Part shown: piece by piece, positions 50,621 to 60,498 of the stretch
Layout of the letters: every line of letters starts with the position of its first letter
Numbering within the stretch: the first letter of the stretch is position 1
From: an uncultured Solirubrobacterales bacterium
GTDB lineage: Bacteria > Actinomycetota > Thermoleophilia > Solirubrobacterales > 70-9
DNA length: 64,000 nucleotides
Direction: 5' to 3'
NCBI GenBank assembly: GCA_963822295.1
Contig: CAWGHD010000001.1
Span: 4,577 to 68,576, forward strand
Notes under the pieces: model-generated
What the model was told of the DNA's origin: nothing
The model's database searches: none
The model's input: the letters and a program-made list of their open reading frames with translations, nothing else
Translations under genes and position numbers: made by a program

Positions 50621-51022
50621 ATGGCCGCACCGAAAAAACCCGCGAAGGGGCGCTCACGGCGCCGTGTCAAAAAGAACGTCACCTACGGGCAGGCGCACAT
50701 CAAGACTTCCTTCAACAACACGATCGTCACCCTGACCGACACCGAGGGCAATGTGATCGCCTGGGAGTCGGCCGGCTCGGCCGGGTTCAAAGGCTCGCGC
50801 AAGTCGACTCCGTTCGCCGCCCAGGTGACCGCCGACGCCGCCGCCAAGAAAGGCATGGAGCACGGGCTCGAGAAAGTCGAGGTCTTCGCCAAGGGCGCCG
50901 GCTCCGGCCGCGAGACCGCGATCCGCTCGCTGCAGGCCGCCGGGCTCGACGTGACCACGGTCAAGGACGTCTCCCCGCAGGCGCACAACGGCTGCCGCCC
51001 GAAAAAGCGGCGGAGGGTCTAG
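50621..51022 (+). CDS. rpsK: 30S ribosomal protein S11
   Basis: '[86 protein letters not shown]'. Confidence 0.95.
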   Translation: MAAPKKPAKGRSRRRVKKNVTYGQAHIKTSFNNTIVTLTDTEGNVIAWESAGSAGFKGSRKSTPFAAQVTADAAAKKGMEHGLEKVEVFAKGAGSGRETAIRSLQAAGLDVTTVKDVSPQAHNGCRPKKRRRV

Positions 51023-51028
51023 GCGCTA

Positions 51029-51649
51029 ATGGCTCGCGACACCTCCCCCCAGTGCAAGCAGTGCCGCCGCGAGGGCCAGAAGCTCTTCCTCAAGGGTGAG
51101 CGCTGCTTCACCGACAAGTGCGGCGTCGAGCGGCGCTCCTACCCGCCCGGCGAGCATGGGCGCGGGCGCATGCGCCAGTCCGAGTACCGGGTGCAGCTGC
51201 GCGAGAAGCAGAAGACGCGCCGCTACTACCAGGTGCTGGAGAAACAGTTCCGCGCCTACTACGACAAGGCTTCGCGGCAGGACGGCGTCACCGGCGAGAA
51301 CCTGCTGCGGCTGCTCGAGTCGCGGCTCGACAACGTGCTGGTCCGGCTCGGCTTCGCCGCCTCGCGGCGCCAGGCACGCCAGCTCGTCCGCCACGGGCAC
51401 TGGATGGTCAACGGCCGCCGCGTCGACATCCCCTCCTACCAGGTGCGGCCCGAAGACGTGATCTCGATCAAGTCAGACTCGGCCGCCACCGACACGATCC
51501 GCCGGGCTACGGAGCTGGTCTCGACCGTTCCCGCCTGGCTGCAGGCCGATCACGACTCGCTCACCGCCAAGATCCTGCGTTACCCGGAGCGCGCCGAGAT
51601 CTCGGCGCCGGTGCAGGAGCAGCTGATCGTCGAGCTGTACTCCAAGTAG
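51029..51649 (+). CDS. rpsD: 30S ribosomal protein S4
   Basis: '[23 protein letters not shown]', '[17 protein letters not shown]' and '[44 protein letters not shown]' (S4 domain). Confidence 0.95.
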   Translation: MARDTSPQCKQCRREGQKLFLKGERCFTDKCGVERRSYPPGEHGRGRMRQSEYRVQLREKQKTRRYYQVLEKQFRAYYDKASRQDGVTGENLLRLLESRLDNVLVRLGFAASRRQARQLVRHGHWMVNGRRVDIPSYQVRPEDVISIKSDSAATDTIRRATELVSTVPAWLQADHDSLTAKILRYPERAEISAPVQEQLIVELYSK

Positions 51650-51686
51650 TCCGGGCTTTCCATTTCCGAACACAACGAAGGAACTC

Positions 51687-52670
51687 ATGACCACTGACTT
51701 CCAGGTCCCTCGCATCAGCTCAGAGAAGGTCGACGACCGTCGCGGCACCTTCACCATCGAGCCGCTCGACAAGGGGTTCGGCTACACATTCGGCAACAGC
51801 CTTCGCCGCGTCCTGCTCTCCTCGCTCGGCGGCGCCGCCATCACCAGCGTCCGCATCGAGGGGGTGGCGCACGAGTTCTCGAGCGTCCCCGGCGTCAAAG
51901 AGGACGTCACCGACATCATCCTCAACCTGAAGGATCTCGTCGTCCGCATGCACACCGACGCCGACGAGGTCGAGGCGCCGCTGGTCGCGACCGGGCCGGG
52001 TGAGATCAAGGCCAAGGACATCGACCTCCCCTCGGGAGTCGAGATCCTCAACCCGAACGCGCCGATCGCGACGCTCGAGAAAAAAACCAAACTCGAGGTC
52101 TACCTGACGATCGGCCGCGGCCGCGGCTACTCGCCCGCCGAAGAGAACAAGTCGGACGAGCAGCCGATCGGCGTGATTCCGATCGACTCGATCTTCTCGC
52201 CGATCCGGCGTTGCTCCTACGCGGTCGCCACCGCCCGCGTCGGGCAGCGGACCGACTTCGACAAACTGAGCCTCGATCTCGAGACCGACGGCTCGATCGA
52301 GCCGGCCGCCGCGCTGCGCGAGGCCTCCGAGATCCTGATCAAGAGCCTGGCGATCTTCACCGACGCCGAGCGGGTCGAGGAGCTGACCACCCGGGAGCCG
52401 GTCGCCGCGATGCCGGCCGACACGCTCTCCGGCGGTCCCGCCGGAGAAGGCGGCCCGAGCGCCAACGGCCTCGACGAGATCCTGATCGAGGAGCTCGAGC
52501 TGGGCGTGCGCTCGTACAACTGCCTGAAGCGGGCCGGCGTGCAGACCGTGGGCGACCTCGTCCGCAAGTCGCGCTCGGAGCTCAACGCGATCCCGAACTT
52601 CGGTCAGAAATCGATCGAGGAAGTGATCGAGACCCTGCACTCCCGCGGACTCGACCTCCAGCAGGACTGA
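51687..52670 (+). CDS. rpoA: DNA-directed RNA polymerase subunit alpha
   Basis: 'FTIEPLDKGFGYTFGNSLRRVLLSSLGGAAITSVRIEGVAHEFSSVPGVKEDV' and the C-terminal domain 'IEELELGVRSYNCLKRAGVQTVGDLV..LNAIPNFGQKSIEEV'. Confidence 0.96.
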   Translation: MTTDFQVPRISSEKVDDRRGTFTIEPLDKGFGYTFGNSLRRVLLSSLGGAAITSVRIEGVAHEFSSVPGVKEDVTDIILNLKDLVVRMHTDADEVEAPLVATGPGEIKAKDIDLPSGVEILNPNAPIATLEKKTKLEVYLTIGRGRGYSPAEENKSDEQPIGVIPIDSIFSPIRRCSYAVATARVGQRTDFDKLSLDLETDGSIEPAAALREASEILIKSLAIFTDAERVEELTTREPVAAMPADTLSGGPAGEGGPSANGLDEILIEELELGVRSYNCLKRAGVQTVGDLVRKSRSELNAIPNFGQKSIEEVIETLHSRGLDLQQD

Positions 52671-52695
52671 CGGACGACGGGAGCGGAGCGGACCG

Positions 52696-53049
52696 ATGCG
52701 CCATCGCAAGAAGCGGAACAAGCTGAGCCGCGACTCCGCGCACCGTGAGGCCCTGCTCTCGAACCTCTCGAAGCAGCTGATCGAGCACGACCGGATCAAG
52801 ACCAGCCAGGCGAAGGCCAAGGCCGTCAAGCCCGAGGTCGAGAAGCTGATCACGCTCGCCAAGCGCGGCGACCTGCACGCGCGCCGTCAGGCCCTGGCGA
52901 CGCTGCACAACGACAAGTTCATCGTCCACAAGCTGTTCGAGGAAGTCGCGCCGCGCTACACCGAGCGGCCCGGCGGCTACACCCGGATCGTCAAGTTGGG
53001 CCCGAGGAAATCGGACTCGACCGAGATGGTCTATTTGGAGCTGGTCTAG
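52696..53049 (+). CDS. rplQ: 50S ribosomal protein L17
   Basis: 'MRHRKKRNKLSRDSAHREALLSNLSKQLIEHDRIKTSQAKAKAVKPEVEKLITLAK..RPGGYTRIVKLGPRKSDSTEMVYLELV'. Confidence 0.95.
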   Translation: MRHRKKRNKLSRDSAHREALLSNLSKQLIEHDRIKTSQAKAKAVKPEVEKLITLAKRGDLHARRQALATLHNDKFIVHKLFEEVAPRYTERPGGYTRIVKLGPRKSDSTEMVYLELV

Positions 53050-53064
53050 TACCAGCTCCAAATA
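53032..53064. terminator. 14-bp stem / 5-nt loop hairpin between convergent rplQ and truA (bidirectional terminator candidate)
   Basis: TATTTGGAGCTGGT-CTAGT-ACCAGCTCCAAATA read directly. The rplQ stop TAG (53047-53049) sits in the loop, and the truA stop is 4 nt beyond the stem. Confidence 0.55.
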
Positions 53065-53067
53065 GCC

Positions 53068-53889
<822 letters not shown>

Positions 53890-54960
53890 TCAGCCGCGGG
53901 GAAGCACGTCGACGGGTCCCTCGATCCAGACCCGCACGCGGTCCCCCGGATGCCAGGCCGGGAAGCCGAGCCGGCGGGCCCGCACCGTGCGGCCGGAGGG
54001 CAGCTGCAGCGAGAGCATCTGGTCGTGCCCGTAGAAGCTGCGTGAGACCACCTTCGCCTCGAGGCTGCCCTTGCGGTCGCCGGGCTCGACCGTGCCGACG
54101 GCGAGCGACTCGGGGCGGATCAGGACGTCGACCTCGCCGCGCAGGCCGTCGCGGTGTGAGACATGGCCCAGCTCGCACTCGACCCTGCCGTCGGCGGCGG
54201 CGGTGCCGGGCAGAACCTCGATCTCCCCCAGGAAGCCGGCGACCCAGCGGCTCGCCGGGCGCGAGTAGACCTCCTCGGGGGTTCCGACTTGCTCGACCCG
54301 GCCCTCGTTCATCACCGCGACCACGTCGGCGACGCTGAGCGCCTCCTCCTGGTCGTGGGTGACGAAGACCGAGGTCACGCCCTGCGCGCGGAGGATCTCG
54401 CGGACCTCGTCGCGCACCTTCTCGCGCAGGCCGGCGTCGAGGTTCGAGAAGGGCTCGTCGAGGAGGACCGCACGCGGCTCGGTGACGAGCGCCCGCGCGA
54501 GCGCCACCCGCTGCTGCTGGCCCCCGGAGAGCTCGTGCGGGTGGCGGTCGCCCAGGCCGCGCAGGCCGACGGTGGCGAGCATCTGCTCGACCCGCCCGGC
54601 GTCGGGTCTGCGCCCGAGGCCATAGCCGACATTTGAGGCGACGTCGAGGTGGGGGAAGAGCGCGTAGTCCTGGAACACCATCCCGATCCGGCGGCGCTCG
54701 GGCGGCAGCGAGCGCTGCGCGGTCGAGACCGTCTTGCCGTCGATCTCGACCTCGCCGCCGTCGGGGGTCTCCAGGCCCGCGATCAGGCGCAGGGTCGTCG
54801 TCTTGCCGCAGCCGCTGGGCCCGAGCAGGGCGCAGGTCGTCCCGGCCTCGATCTCGAGGTCGAGGCCGTCGACGGCGACGACGTCGCCGTAGGACTTGCT
54901 CAGGCCGCGCAGGCGCAACGCCGCGCCCCGGCCCTCGTTTTTGTCTGAAGTTGGCTCCAC
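53890..54960 (-). CDS. ABC transporter ATP-binding protein, Fe(3+)/polyamine importer type (FbpC/PotA-like)
   Basis: Walker A 'LLGPSGCGKTTTLRLIAG', 'MVFQDYALFPHLDV', signature 'LSGGQQQRVALARAL', Walker B 'VLLDEPFSNLD', 'VTHDQEEA', and a C-terminal TOBE-like domain. Its stop directly abuts the truA start. Confidence 0.88.
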   Translation of the reverse strand: MEPTSDKNEGRGAALRLRGLSKSYGDVVAVDGLDLEIEAGTTCALLGPSGCGKTTTLRLIAGLETPDGGEVEIDGKTVSTAQRSLPPERRRIGMVFQDYALFPHLDVASNVGYGLGRRPDAGRVEQMLATVGLRGLGDRHPHELSGGQQQRVALARALVTEPRAVLLDEPFSNLDAGLREKVRDEVREILRAQGVTSVFVTHDQEEALSVADVVAVMNEGRVEQVGTPEEVYSRPASRWVAGFLGEIEVLPGTAAADGRVECELGHVSHRDGLRGEVDVLIRPESLAVGTVEPGDRKGSLEAKVVSRSFYGHDQMLSLQLPSGRTVRARRLGFPAWHPGDRVRVWIEGPVDVLPRG

Positions 54961-54972
54961 GGTGAGAAAAAC

Positions 54973-54991
54973 TAAGATTAGGGGAACCTAA
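54973..54991. promoter_or_regulatory. DtxR/IdeR-type iron box candidate in the divergent ABC promoter region
   Basis: TAAGATTAGGGGAACCTAA matches the consensus TWAGGTWAGSCTWACCTWA at 16 of 19 positions. It lies 13 nt from the ATPase start codon and 34 nt from the binding-protein start codon. Confidence 0.55.
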
Positions 54992-55024
54992 CCGCCCCCG
55001 AGCCCACCCGACCCTCCAAACCCC

Positions 55025-56071
55025 ATGCCCAACTTCCCCCGGCGGCCCCTGGCCGCAGCCACCCTGATCGCCGCGGCCCTCCTCCTGGCCGGCTGCGGCT
55101 TCGACACCTCCGACACCGGCGGCGGCTCGAACGAGCCCGAGACGGAGGGTGTGACCCTCTACTCGGGCCGGATCCCCGCTGCGATCGGCGGGGCCGTCGA
55201 CGGCTACGAGGCGCGGGCCGACCGCGACGTGCAGGTTCGCTTCGCGGACACCGCCGACCTGGCGGCGACCCTGATCGAGGAGGGCGACGCCTCGCCCGCC
55301 GACGTCTTCTTCGCCCAGGAGCCGGGCGCGATCTCGGCGGTGGCCGAGGCCGGGCTGCTGGCGACGCTGCCCGCCGACGTCCTCGAGCTGGTGCAGCCGC
55401 GCTTCCGCGACCCGGAGGGGCGCTGGGTCGGCGTCACCGGTCGCGCCAGGGTGATCGCCTACGCCCGCGAGCGGGTCGGGCGCTCCGAGCTGCCGCCGTC
55501 CCCGTTCGGCCTCGTCGACCCGCGCTGGGAGGACAGGGTCGGGTGGTCGCCCGCCAGCTCCAGCATGCAGGAGTACGTGACCGCGCTCCGCGCCCGCTAC
55601 GGCGACGACCGCACCCGCGAGTGGCTGGAGGGAATGGTCGACAACGGCGCCCAGGCCTACAAGGACAACGTCTCGATCCGCGACGCGATCGCGGCGGGCG
55701 AGATCGACGCCGGCCTGATCAACCACTACTACGTGGCCCAGGCGGTCGCCGAGGAGGGGCCCGACTACCCGGTCGCGGTCTACTTCCCGCCGGGCGGCCT
55801 CGGCTCCCTGATGCTGCTCACCTCGGTCGGCGTCCTCGACTCGAGCGACCGCAAGCCGGAAGCGTTCGAGTTCGTGCGCTCGCTGCTCTCGCCGCCCAGC
55901 CAGGGCTTCTTCACGAACAGCGCCAAGGAGTACCCGCTGGCCAGCGGCGTAGAGCCCGACCCGGCGCTCGAGGTCCCCCTCGCGAGTGTGCCGACGACCA
56001 GCGCCGAGCTGGTCGACCTCGGCGAGCTGCAGGCGACGATCGAGCTGATGCAGGAGAGCGGAGCGCTCTAG
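55025..56071 (+). CDS. ABC transporter substrate-binding lipoprotein, iron(III)-binding (FbpA/AfuA-like)
   Basis: Lipobox 'LLLAGC'. 'VTLYSGR..', 'ADVFFAQEPGAI', 'RWVGVTGRARVIAY' and 'IDAGLINHYY' are typical of the iron/thiamine-type periplasmic binding fold. Context: next to a two-domain permease and an FbpC-like ATPase. Confidence 0.75.
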   Translation: MPNFPRRPLAAATLIAAALLLAGCGFDTSDTGGGSNEPETEGVTLYSGRIPAAIGGAVDGYEARADRDVQVRFADTADLAATLIEEGDASPADVFFAQEPGAISAVAEAGLLATLPADVLELVQPRFRDPEGRWVGVTGRARVIAYARERVGRSELPPSPFGLVDPRWEDRVGWSPASSSMQEYVTALRARYGDDRTREWLEGMVDNGAQAYKDNVSIRDAIAAGEIDAGLINHYYVAQAVAEEGPDYPVAVYFPPGGLGSLMLLTSVGVLDSSDRKPEAFEFVRSLLSPPSQGFFTNSAKEYPLASGVEPDPALEVPLASVPTTSAELVDLGELQATIELMQESGAL

Positions 56072-57642
56072 TGCCCGCGGCTCAACGCCGGGCGCCGGCC
56101 TGGCTCTCACTGGCCGGGATCCTCGTCGCCGCCTGCGCGGTGCTGCCCGCCGCCTACCTCTTCGTCGTCGTCGCCGGCGACCTCGGCGACGCGCTGGAGA
56201 CCGCGTTCTCCTCGCGCACGCTGGCGGTCGTCCTGCGCACCGTGGCGCTGACCGTCTCGGTGACCGCCGCCGCGATCGCGATCGCGCTGCCGATCGCCTG
56301 GCTGACGGTGCGCACCGACCTCCCGGCCCGGCGGTTGTGGACGGTCCTCTGCACCCTTCCCCTGGTCATTCCGAGCTACGTCGGCGCCTATCTCTTCGTC
56401 GCCGCCCTCGGCCCGAACGGCATGCTCCAGGACGCCCTCGGCGTCGAGAGCCTGCCCTCGATCTACGGGTTCTTCGGCGCCTGGCTCGTGCTCACCCTCT
56501 TCACCTACCCGCTGGTGCTGATCCCCCTGCGCGGGGCGCTGCGGCGCATCGACCCCCAGCTCGAGGACGCGGCGCGGGCGATGGGCCGGCGGCCGCTGGA
56601 TGTTTTCCGCAGCGTCGTCCTGCCGCAGCTCTGGCCCGTGCTGGCCGCCGGCGGGCTGCTCGTCGCGCTCTACGTCGTCAGCGACTTCGGGGCGGTCTCG
56701 CTGCTGCGATTCGACTCCTTCACCCGGGAGATCTACGTCGCCTACAGGTCGAGCTTCGACCGCACGGCCGCCGCCAGCCTCGGCGCCGTTCTGGTGATCC
56801 TGATGCTCGGCATGCTGCTGCTCAGCTCGCGGCTGCGCTCCTCGAAGGTCGTCTACCGCCTCGGCCCGGGGGCCCTGCGGCCGGCGCGGCCGTACCCGCT
56901 CGGGCGCTGGCGCTGGCCGGCGCTGGCCTTCTGCGCGACGGTCGTCGCGATCGCCTTCGTGCTGCCGGTCGGGGTCCTCCTCTACTGGGCCAGCGAGGGC
57001 GTCGCGAGCGGGGCGACCTCATGGCAGCGGGCGGCGGCGCTGAGCGGCAACTCGTTCCTGATCTCGGCCGGCGCGGCGGCCTTCGGCGCGCTCGCCGCCC
57101 TCGTCGTCGCCGCCCTCGTCGCCCGCTATCCAAGCGTGGCTTCTCGCGCTGTCGAGCGCGCCTCGCACGCCGGCTACGCCCTGCCTGGGATCCTCGTCGC
57201 GCTCGCCCTCGTCTTCTTCGCGACGCGCCTGGCGCCGCCGCTCTACCAGACCACCGGGCTGCTCATCTTCGGGGTCACGATCCACTACCTGCCGCTCGGG
57301 ATCGCCCCGATCGTCGCCTCGCTCCTGCTGGTCTCCCCGCGCGTCGAAGAGGCCGCGCGCGGCCTCGGGCGCGGTCGCGCCAAGGTCTTCAGGACGGTGA
57401 CGGCCCCGCTCGCGCGCGGCGGCCTGCTCGCCGGCGCGGCGCTGATCTTCCTGCACGCGATGAAGGAGCTGCCGGCGACACTGATCCTCGCCCCGATCGG
57501 GTTCGAGACGCTGGCGACCGACATCTGGACCCAGACCAGCTTCGGCTTCTACGAGGCGAGCGCAATTCCCGCGCTGCTCCTGCTCGCGGTCGCCGCGGCG
57601 CCCGTCTACCTGCTCAGCGAGCGCGGCGCCACGGTCCCCTGA
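56071..57642 (+). CDS. ABC transporter permease, fused two-domain iron(III) type (FbpB-like; GTG start)
   Basis: Two copies of the permease EAA loop: 'IDPQLEDAARAMGRRPLDVFRSVVLPQLWP' and 'VSPRVEEAARGLGRGRAKVFRTVTAPLARG'. About 12 hydrophobic segments. TAGTG overlap with the binding-protein gene. Confidence 0.85.
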   Translation: MPAAQRRAPAWLSLAGILVAACAVLPAAYLFVVVAGDLGDALETAFSSRTLAVVLRTVALTVSVTAAAIAIALPIAWLTVRTDLPARRLWTVLCTLPLVIPSYVGAYLFVAALGPNGMLQDALGVESLPSIYGFFGAWLVLTLFTYPLVLIPLRGALRRIDPQLEDAARAMGRRPLDVFRSVVLPQLWPVLAAGGLLVALYVVSDFGAVSLLRFDSFTREIYVAYRSSFDRTAAASLGAVLVILMLGMLLLSSRLRSSKVVYRLGPGALRPARPYPLGRWRWPALAFCATVVAIAFVLPVGVLLYWASEGVASGATSWQRAAALSGNSFLISAGAAAFGALAALVVAALVARYPSVASRAVERASHAGYALPGILVALALVFFATRLAPPLYQTTGLLIFGVTIHYLPLGIAPIVASLLLVSPRVEEAARGLGRGRAKVFRTVTAPLARGGLLAGAALIFLHAMKELPATLILAPIGFETLATDIWTQTSFGFYEASAIPALLLLAVAAAPVYLLSERGATVP

Positions 57643-57647
57643 GCCCG

Positions 57648-58982
57648 GTGCGCTCGCCGCTGCGGATCGCCGTCGGCCTCGCCCTCTCGCTGGCGGCGCT
57701 CTCGCTCGCGCTGCCCTACGACCCCGTCTACGACCCCTGGGCGTGGCTGGTCTGGGGCCGCGAAGCCGCCGGCCTCGACCTGAGCACCGCCGCCGGCCCG
57801 TCCTGGAAGCCGCTGCCGGTGCTGGTCGACGCGCCGCTCTCGCTGCTCGGCGACGGCGCGCCGAGCGCCTGGCTCCTCGTCAGTCGCAGCGGCTGGCTGC
57901 TGGCGCCGGTCCTCGCCGGCTGGCTGGCGGCGCTGCTGGCGGGGCCGGAGGCGGGACGCTGGCGCTGGCCGGCGGCGGCGCTCGCCGGCGCCTCGGTCGC
58001 CCTCACCTGGGACGCCTTCACGCCGCCGCTCCGGCAGTTCAGCGGCGGCCTCTCCGAGCCCCTGGCGGTCAGCTTCGTGCTGGGGGCGATCCTCGCGGCG
58101 CTCGCCCGGCGCCCGGCCCTCACCCTCTGGCTCGGCGTCGGAGCCGCCCTGCTGCGTCCGGAGGCCTGGCCCTTTCTCGCCGTCTGGGCGGCGCTGGAGC
58201 TGCGGCGCAGCCCGGCGCTGCGCCGCCAGGCGATCGCGGCGGGGGCGCTCGTCCTCGCCGCCTGGTTCGTGCCCGACCTGGTCGGATCCGGCAACCCGCT
58301 CGAGGGGTCGGACACGGCGCGCCGCGGCGGCGTCGAGCTCGGGGAGTTGCTCGAGGTGTCGGGCCGAGCGCTGGCGGCGCCGCTCGCCGCCCTCTGGCTC
58401 GGCGTTCTCCTGCTGCTGCCCGAGTGCAGGCGGGAGCCTCGCGGCGCGGCGGCCATCCTGCTCGCCGGCGCGGCCGCCTGGGTCGCGGTGGTGGCGGCGA
58501 TGGCGGTGGTCGGCTTCGCCGGCCTGCCGCGCTTCCTCGCCCCGGCGACCGCGGTCCTCTCGGTGCTCGGCGCCGCCGGGCTGGCCCGCGCCGGAGCCGC
58601 GGCGTTCGGCGCCCCGCGCCGGCGCGCCCTCGCCGCTCTGGTCGCCGCCGCGCTCCTCGCCGCCTGCGTCGGCGTCGGGCTGCGGGTGGGGGAGGTGCCC
58701 GGCAACGTCGAGACGGTGCGCGCGCAGGCGGACTCGATCGACCGGCTCTTCTCGCTCGCCGACCGGGTCGGTCGCGAGCGCCTGCTCTCCTGCGGCGGGC
58801 GCGTGCGGATCACCGAGCTGCTCGGGCAGACGGCGCTCGCCTGGAAGCTGGAGACGCCGATCGAGAACGTGCGGGCCCTGCGCCGTCCGCGCCACGGGGT
58901 CGTGCTGAGCACGGAGCCCCTGGGGCGGGGGGTCGAGATCGACCGCGTCGGCCAGTGGCGGGCGACGCGGCTTCCCTGCTAG
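57648..58982 (+). CDS. polytopic membrane protein (possible GT-C / DUF2029-like glycosyltransferase; function uncertain)
   Basis: GTG 57648, 6 nt after the permease stop. At least 9 hydrophobic segments ('IAVGLALSLAALSLAL', 'GWLLAPVLAGWLAALLAG', 'AWPFLAVWAALEL', 'ILLAGAAAWVAVVAAMAVVGFAG'..) followed by a soluble C-terminal ~100 aa. Confidence 0.55.
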   Translation: MRSPLRIAVGLALSLAALSLALPYDPVYDPWAWLVWGREAAGLDLSTAAGPSWKPLPVLVDAPLSLLGDGAPSAWLLVSRSGWLLAPVLAGWLAALLAGPEAGRWRWPAAALAGASVALTWDAFTPPLRQFSGGLSEPLAVSFVLGAILAALARRPALTLWLGVGAALLRPEAWPFLAVWAALELRRSPALRRQAIAAGALVLAAWFVPDLVGSGNPLEGSDTARRGGVELGELLEVSGRALAAPLAALWLGVLLLLPECRREPRGAAAILLAGAAAWVAVVAAMAVVGFAGLPRFLAPATAVLSVLGAAGLARAGAAAFGAPRRRALAALVAAALLAACVGVGLRVGEVPGNVETVRAQADSIDRLFSLADRVGRERLLSCGGRVRITELLGQTALAWKLETPIENVRALRRPRHGVVLSTEPLGRGVEIDRVGQWRATRLPC

Positions 58983-60469
58983 ATGGTGGGCTCCTCGACC
59001 AGCGGCCGCGCCATCGCCGGGGTCTCCGGCGCCGCCCGGTAGGGCTGCTCCTCGGGCTCGAGCCGCTCGTGGTAGACGCTGTCGGCGTTGACCGCCCAGA
59101 TGTCGTGGCCGGCGCCGTCGCAGTGGTTCTCGACCGCCCGCATCGCGGTCAGCATCGAGTGGTCGGAGTTGTTGTATCGATGGAGGCCGTTGCGACCGAT
59201 CTGCTGCAGGTTGGCGATCCCGTCGAGCCAGCCGCGCATCCTGCCGACGCGGGCCGCGTACTCGGCGTCGTAGATCGGATAGGCCTTCGGCACCCGGATC
59301 ACGTGGCCCTCGCGGAAGCGCCCCGCCGGGACCAGGCCGAGCCCGTCCGCCTCCTCGCGGGCCAGCGCCACGAGCTCGGCGTCGCCGGCCCCCCAGAGCT
59401 CGTCGCCCTCGAAGCAGAAGTACTCGAGGCCGATGCAGGAGCGACCGGGGCGGGCGCTCATCCAGGGGCTCCAGGCGCGGTAGTTCTGGATCCTGCCGAC
59501 GCGGACCCCCGGCTCGTGGACGTAGACCCAGTTGTCGGGGAAGGGAGGCTCGCCGTCGATCACCAGGGCGACGGTGAGGAAGTCGCGGTAGCGAAGCCCG
59601 CCGGCGGCCTCGGCGACCGCGGCCGGGGCCTCGCCGCCGGCCATCCCGGCGAGCGCCCGCAGCGGCGCCGAGGAGATCGCGGCGCCGACCTCCACCCGCT
59701 CGCCGCCGGCGACGATCGCGGCGACCCGGTCGCCGTCGAGCTCGAGCGAGTCGACCGGGGCCTCAAGGCGCAGCTCGCCGCCCGCGGCGACGATGCGGCG
59801 CGCCATCTCCTCCCACATCTGCCCGGGGCCGAGGCGGGGGTAGCGGAACTCCTCGATCAGGCTTTTCGGGGTCTCGCCGCCGCGGCGCGGCAGGGAGGCG
59901 CGGGCGGCGCTCATCAGCGAGAGGCCGGCGATCCGCTGCGCAGCCCACTCGGCGCGCAGCTGGTCGGTCCCGACCCCCCAGACCTTTTCGGTGTAGGACT
60001 TGAAGAAGAGCTCGAAGAGGCGGCGGCCGAAGCGGGCGGTCACCCAGTCCTCGAAGCTGGCCTCCTCGCCGCCCCGGCGGGCCCTTGCCGCCGCGTAGGA
60101 GGCGACGCAGCGGGCCAGCTCGAGCGGCCCGACCTTGGCGACGACGTCGGCCGCGCGCAGCGGGTAGTCGAGGAAGCGCCCCCGCCAGTAGATCCGCGAG
60201 AGTCGCGGCCGGAGCAGCATCTCGGGCCCGAGCAGCTCCTCCCACAGGGCCTCGACCTCGGCGCTCTTGGTGAAGAACCGATGGCCGCCGAGGTCGAAGC
60301 GATGGTCGCCGCGCACCACCGTCTGCGCCAGGCCGCCGATCGCGCCGGTCGCCTCGAAGACGACGACCCGACGCCCGCGGCGGGCGAGCAGGTAGGCGGC
60401 GGTCAGGCCCGCCGGGCCGGCGCCGATCACGCCGACCGGGGCCGCGCCCTCTGTTCCCGCCTCCGTCAT
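58979..60469 (-). CDS. FAD/NAD(P)-binding oxidoreductase (amine-oxidase / UDP-galactopyranose-mutase-like fold)
   Basis: Rossmann motif 'VGVIGAGPAGLTAAYLLARRGRRVVVFEATGAIGGLA'. 'HRFFTKS', 'FFKSYTEKVWG' and 'GRNGLHRYNNSDHSMLTA'. Confidence 0.75.
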   Translation of the reverse strand: MTEAGTEGAAPVGVIGAGPAGLTAAYLLARRGRRVVVFEATGAIGGLAQTVVRGDHRFDLGGHRFFTKSAEVEALWEELLGPEMLLRPRLSRIYWRGRFLDYPLRAADVVAKVGPLELARCVASYAAARARRGGEEASFEDWVTARFGRRLFELFFKSYTEKVWGVGTDQLRAEWAAQRIAGLSLMSAARASLPRRGGETPKSLIEEFRYPRLGPGQMWEEMARRIVAAGGELRLEAPVDSLELDGDRVAAIVAGGERVEVGAAISSAPLRALAGMAGGEAPAAVAEAAGGLRYRDFLTVALVIDGEPPFPDNWVYVHEPGVRVGRIQNYRAWSPWMSARPGRSCIGLEYFCFEGDELWGAGDAELVALAREEADGLGLVPAGRFREGHVIRVPKAYPIYDAEYAARVGRMRGWLDGIANLQQIGRNGLHRYNNSDHSMLTAMRAVENHCDGAGHDIWAVNADSVYHERLEPEEQPYRAAPETPAMARPLVEEPTI

Positions 60470-60498
60470 CAGGGCAAAGATGCTATTAGGTATCCCTA

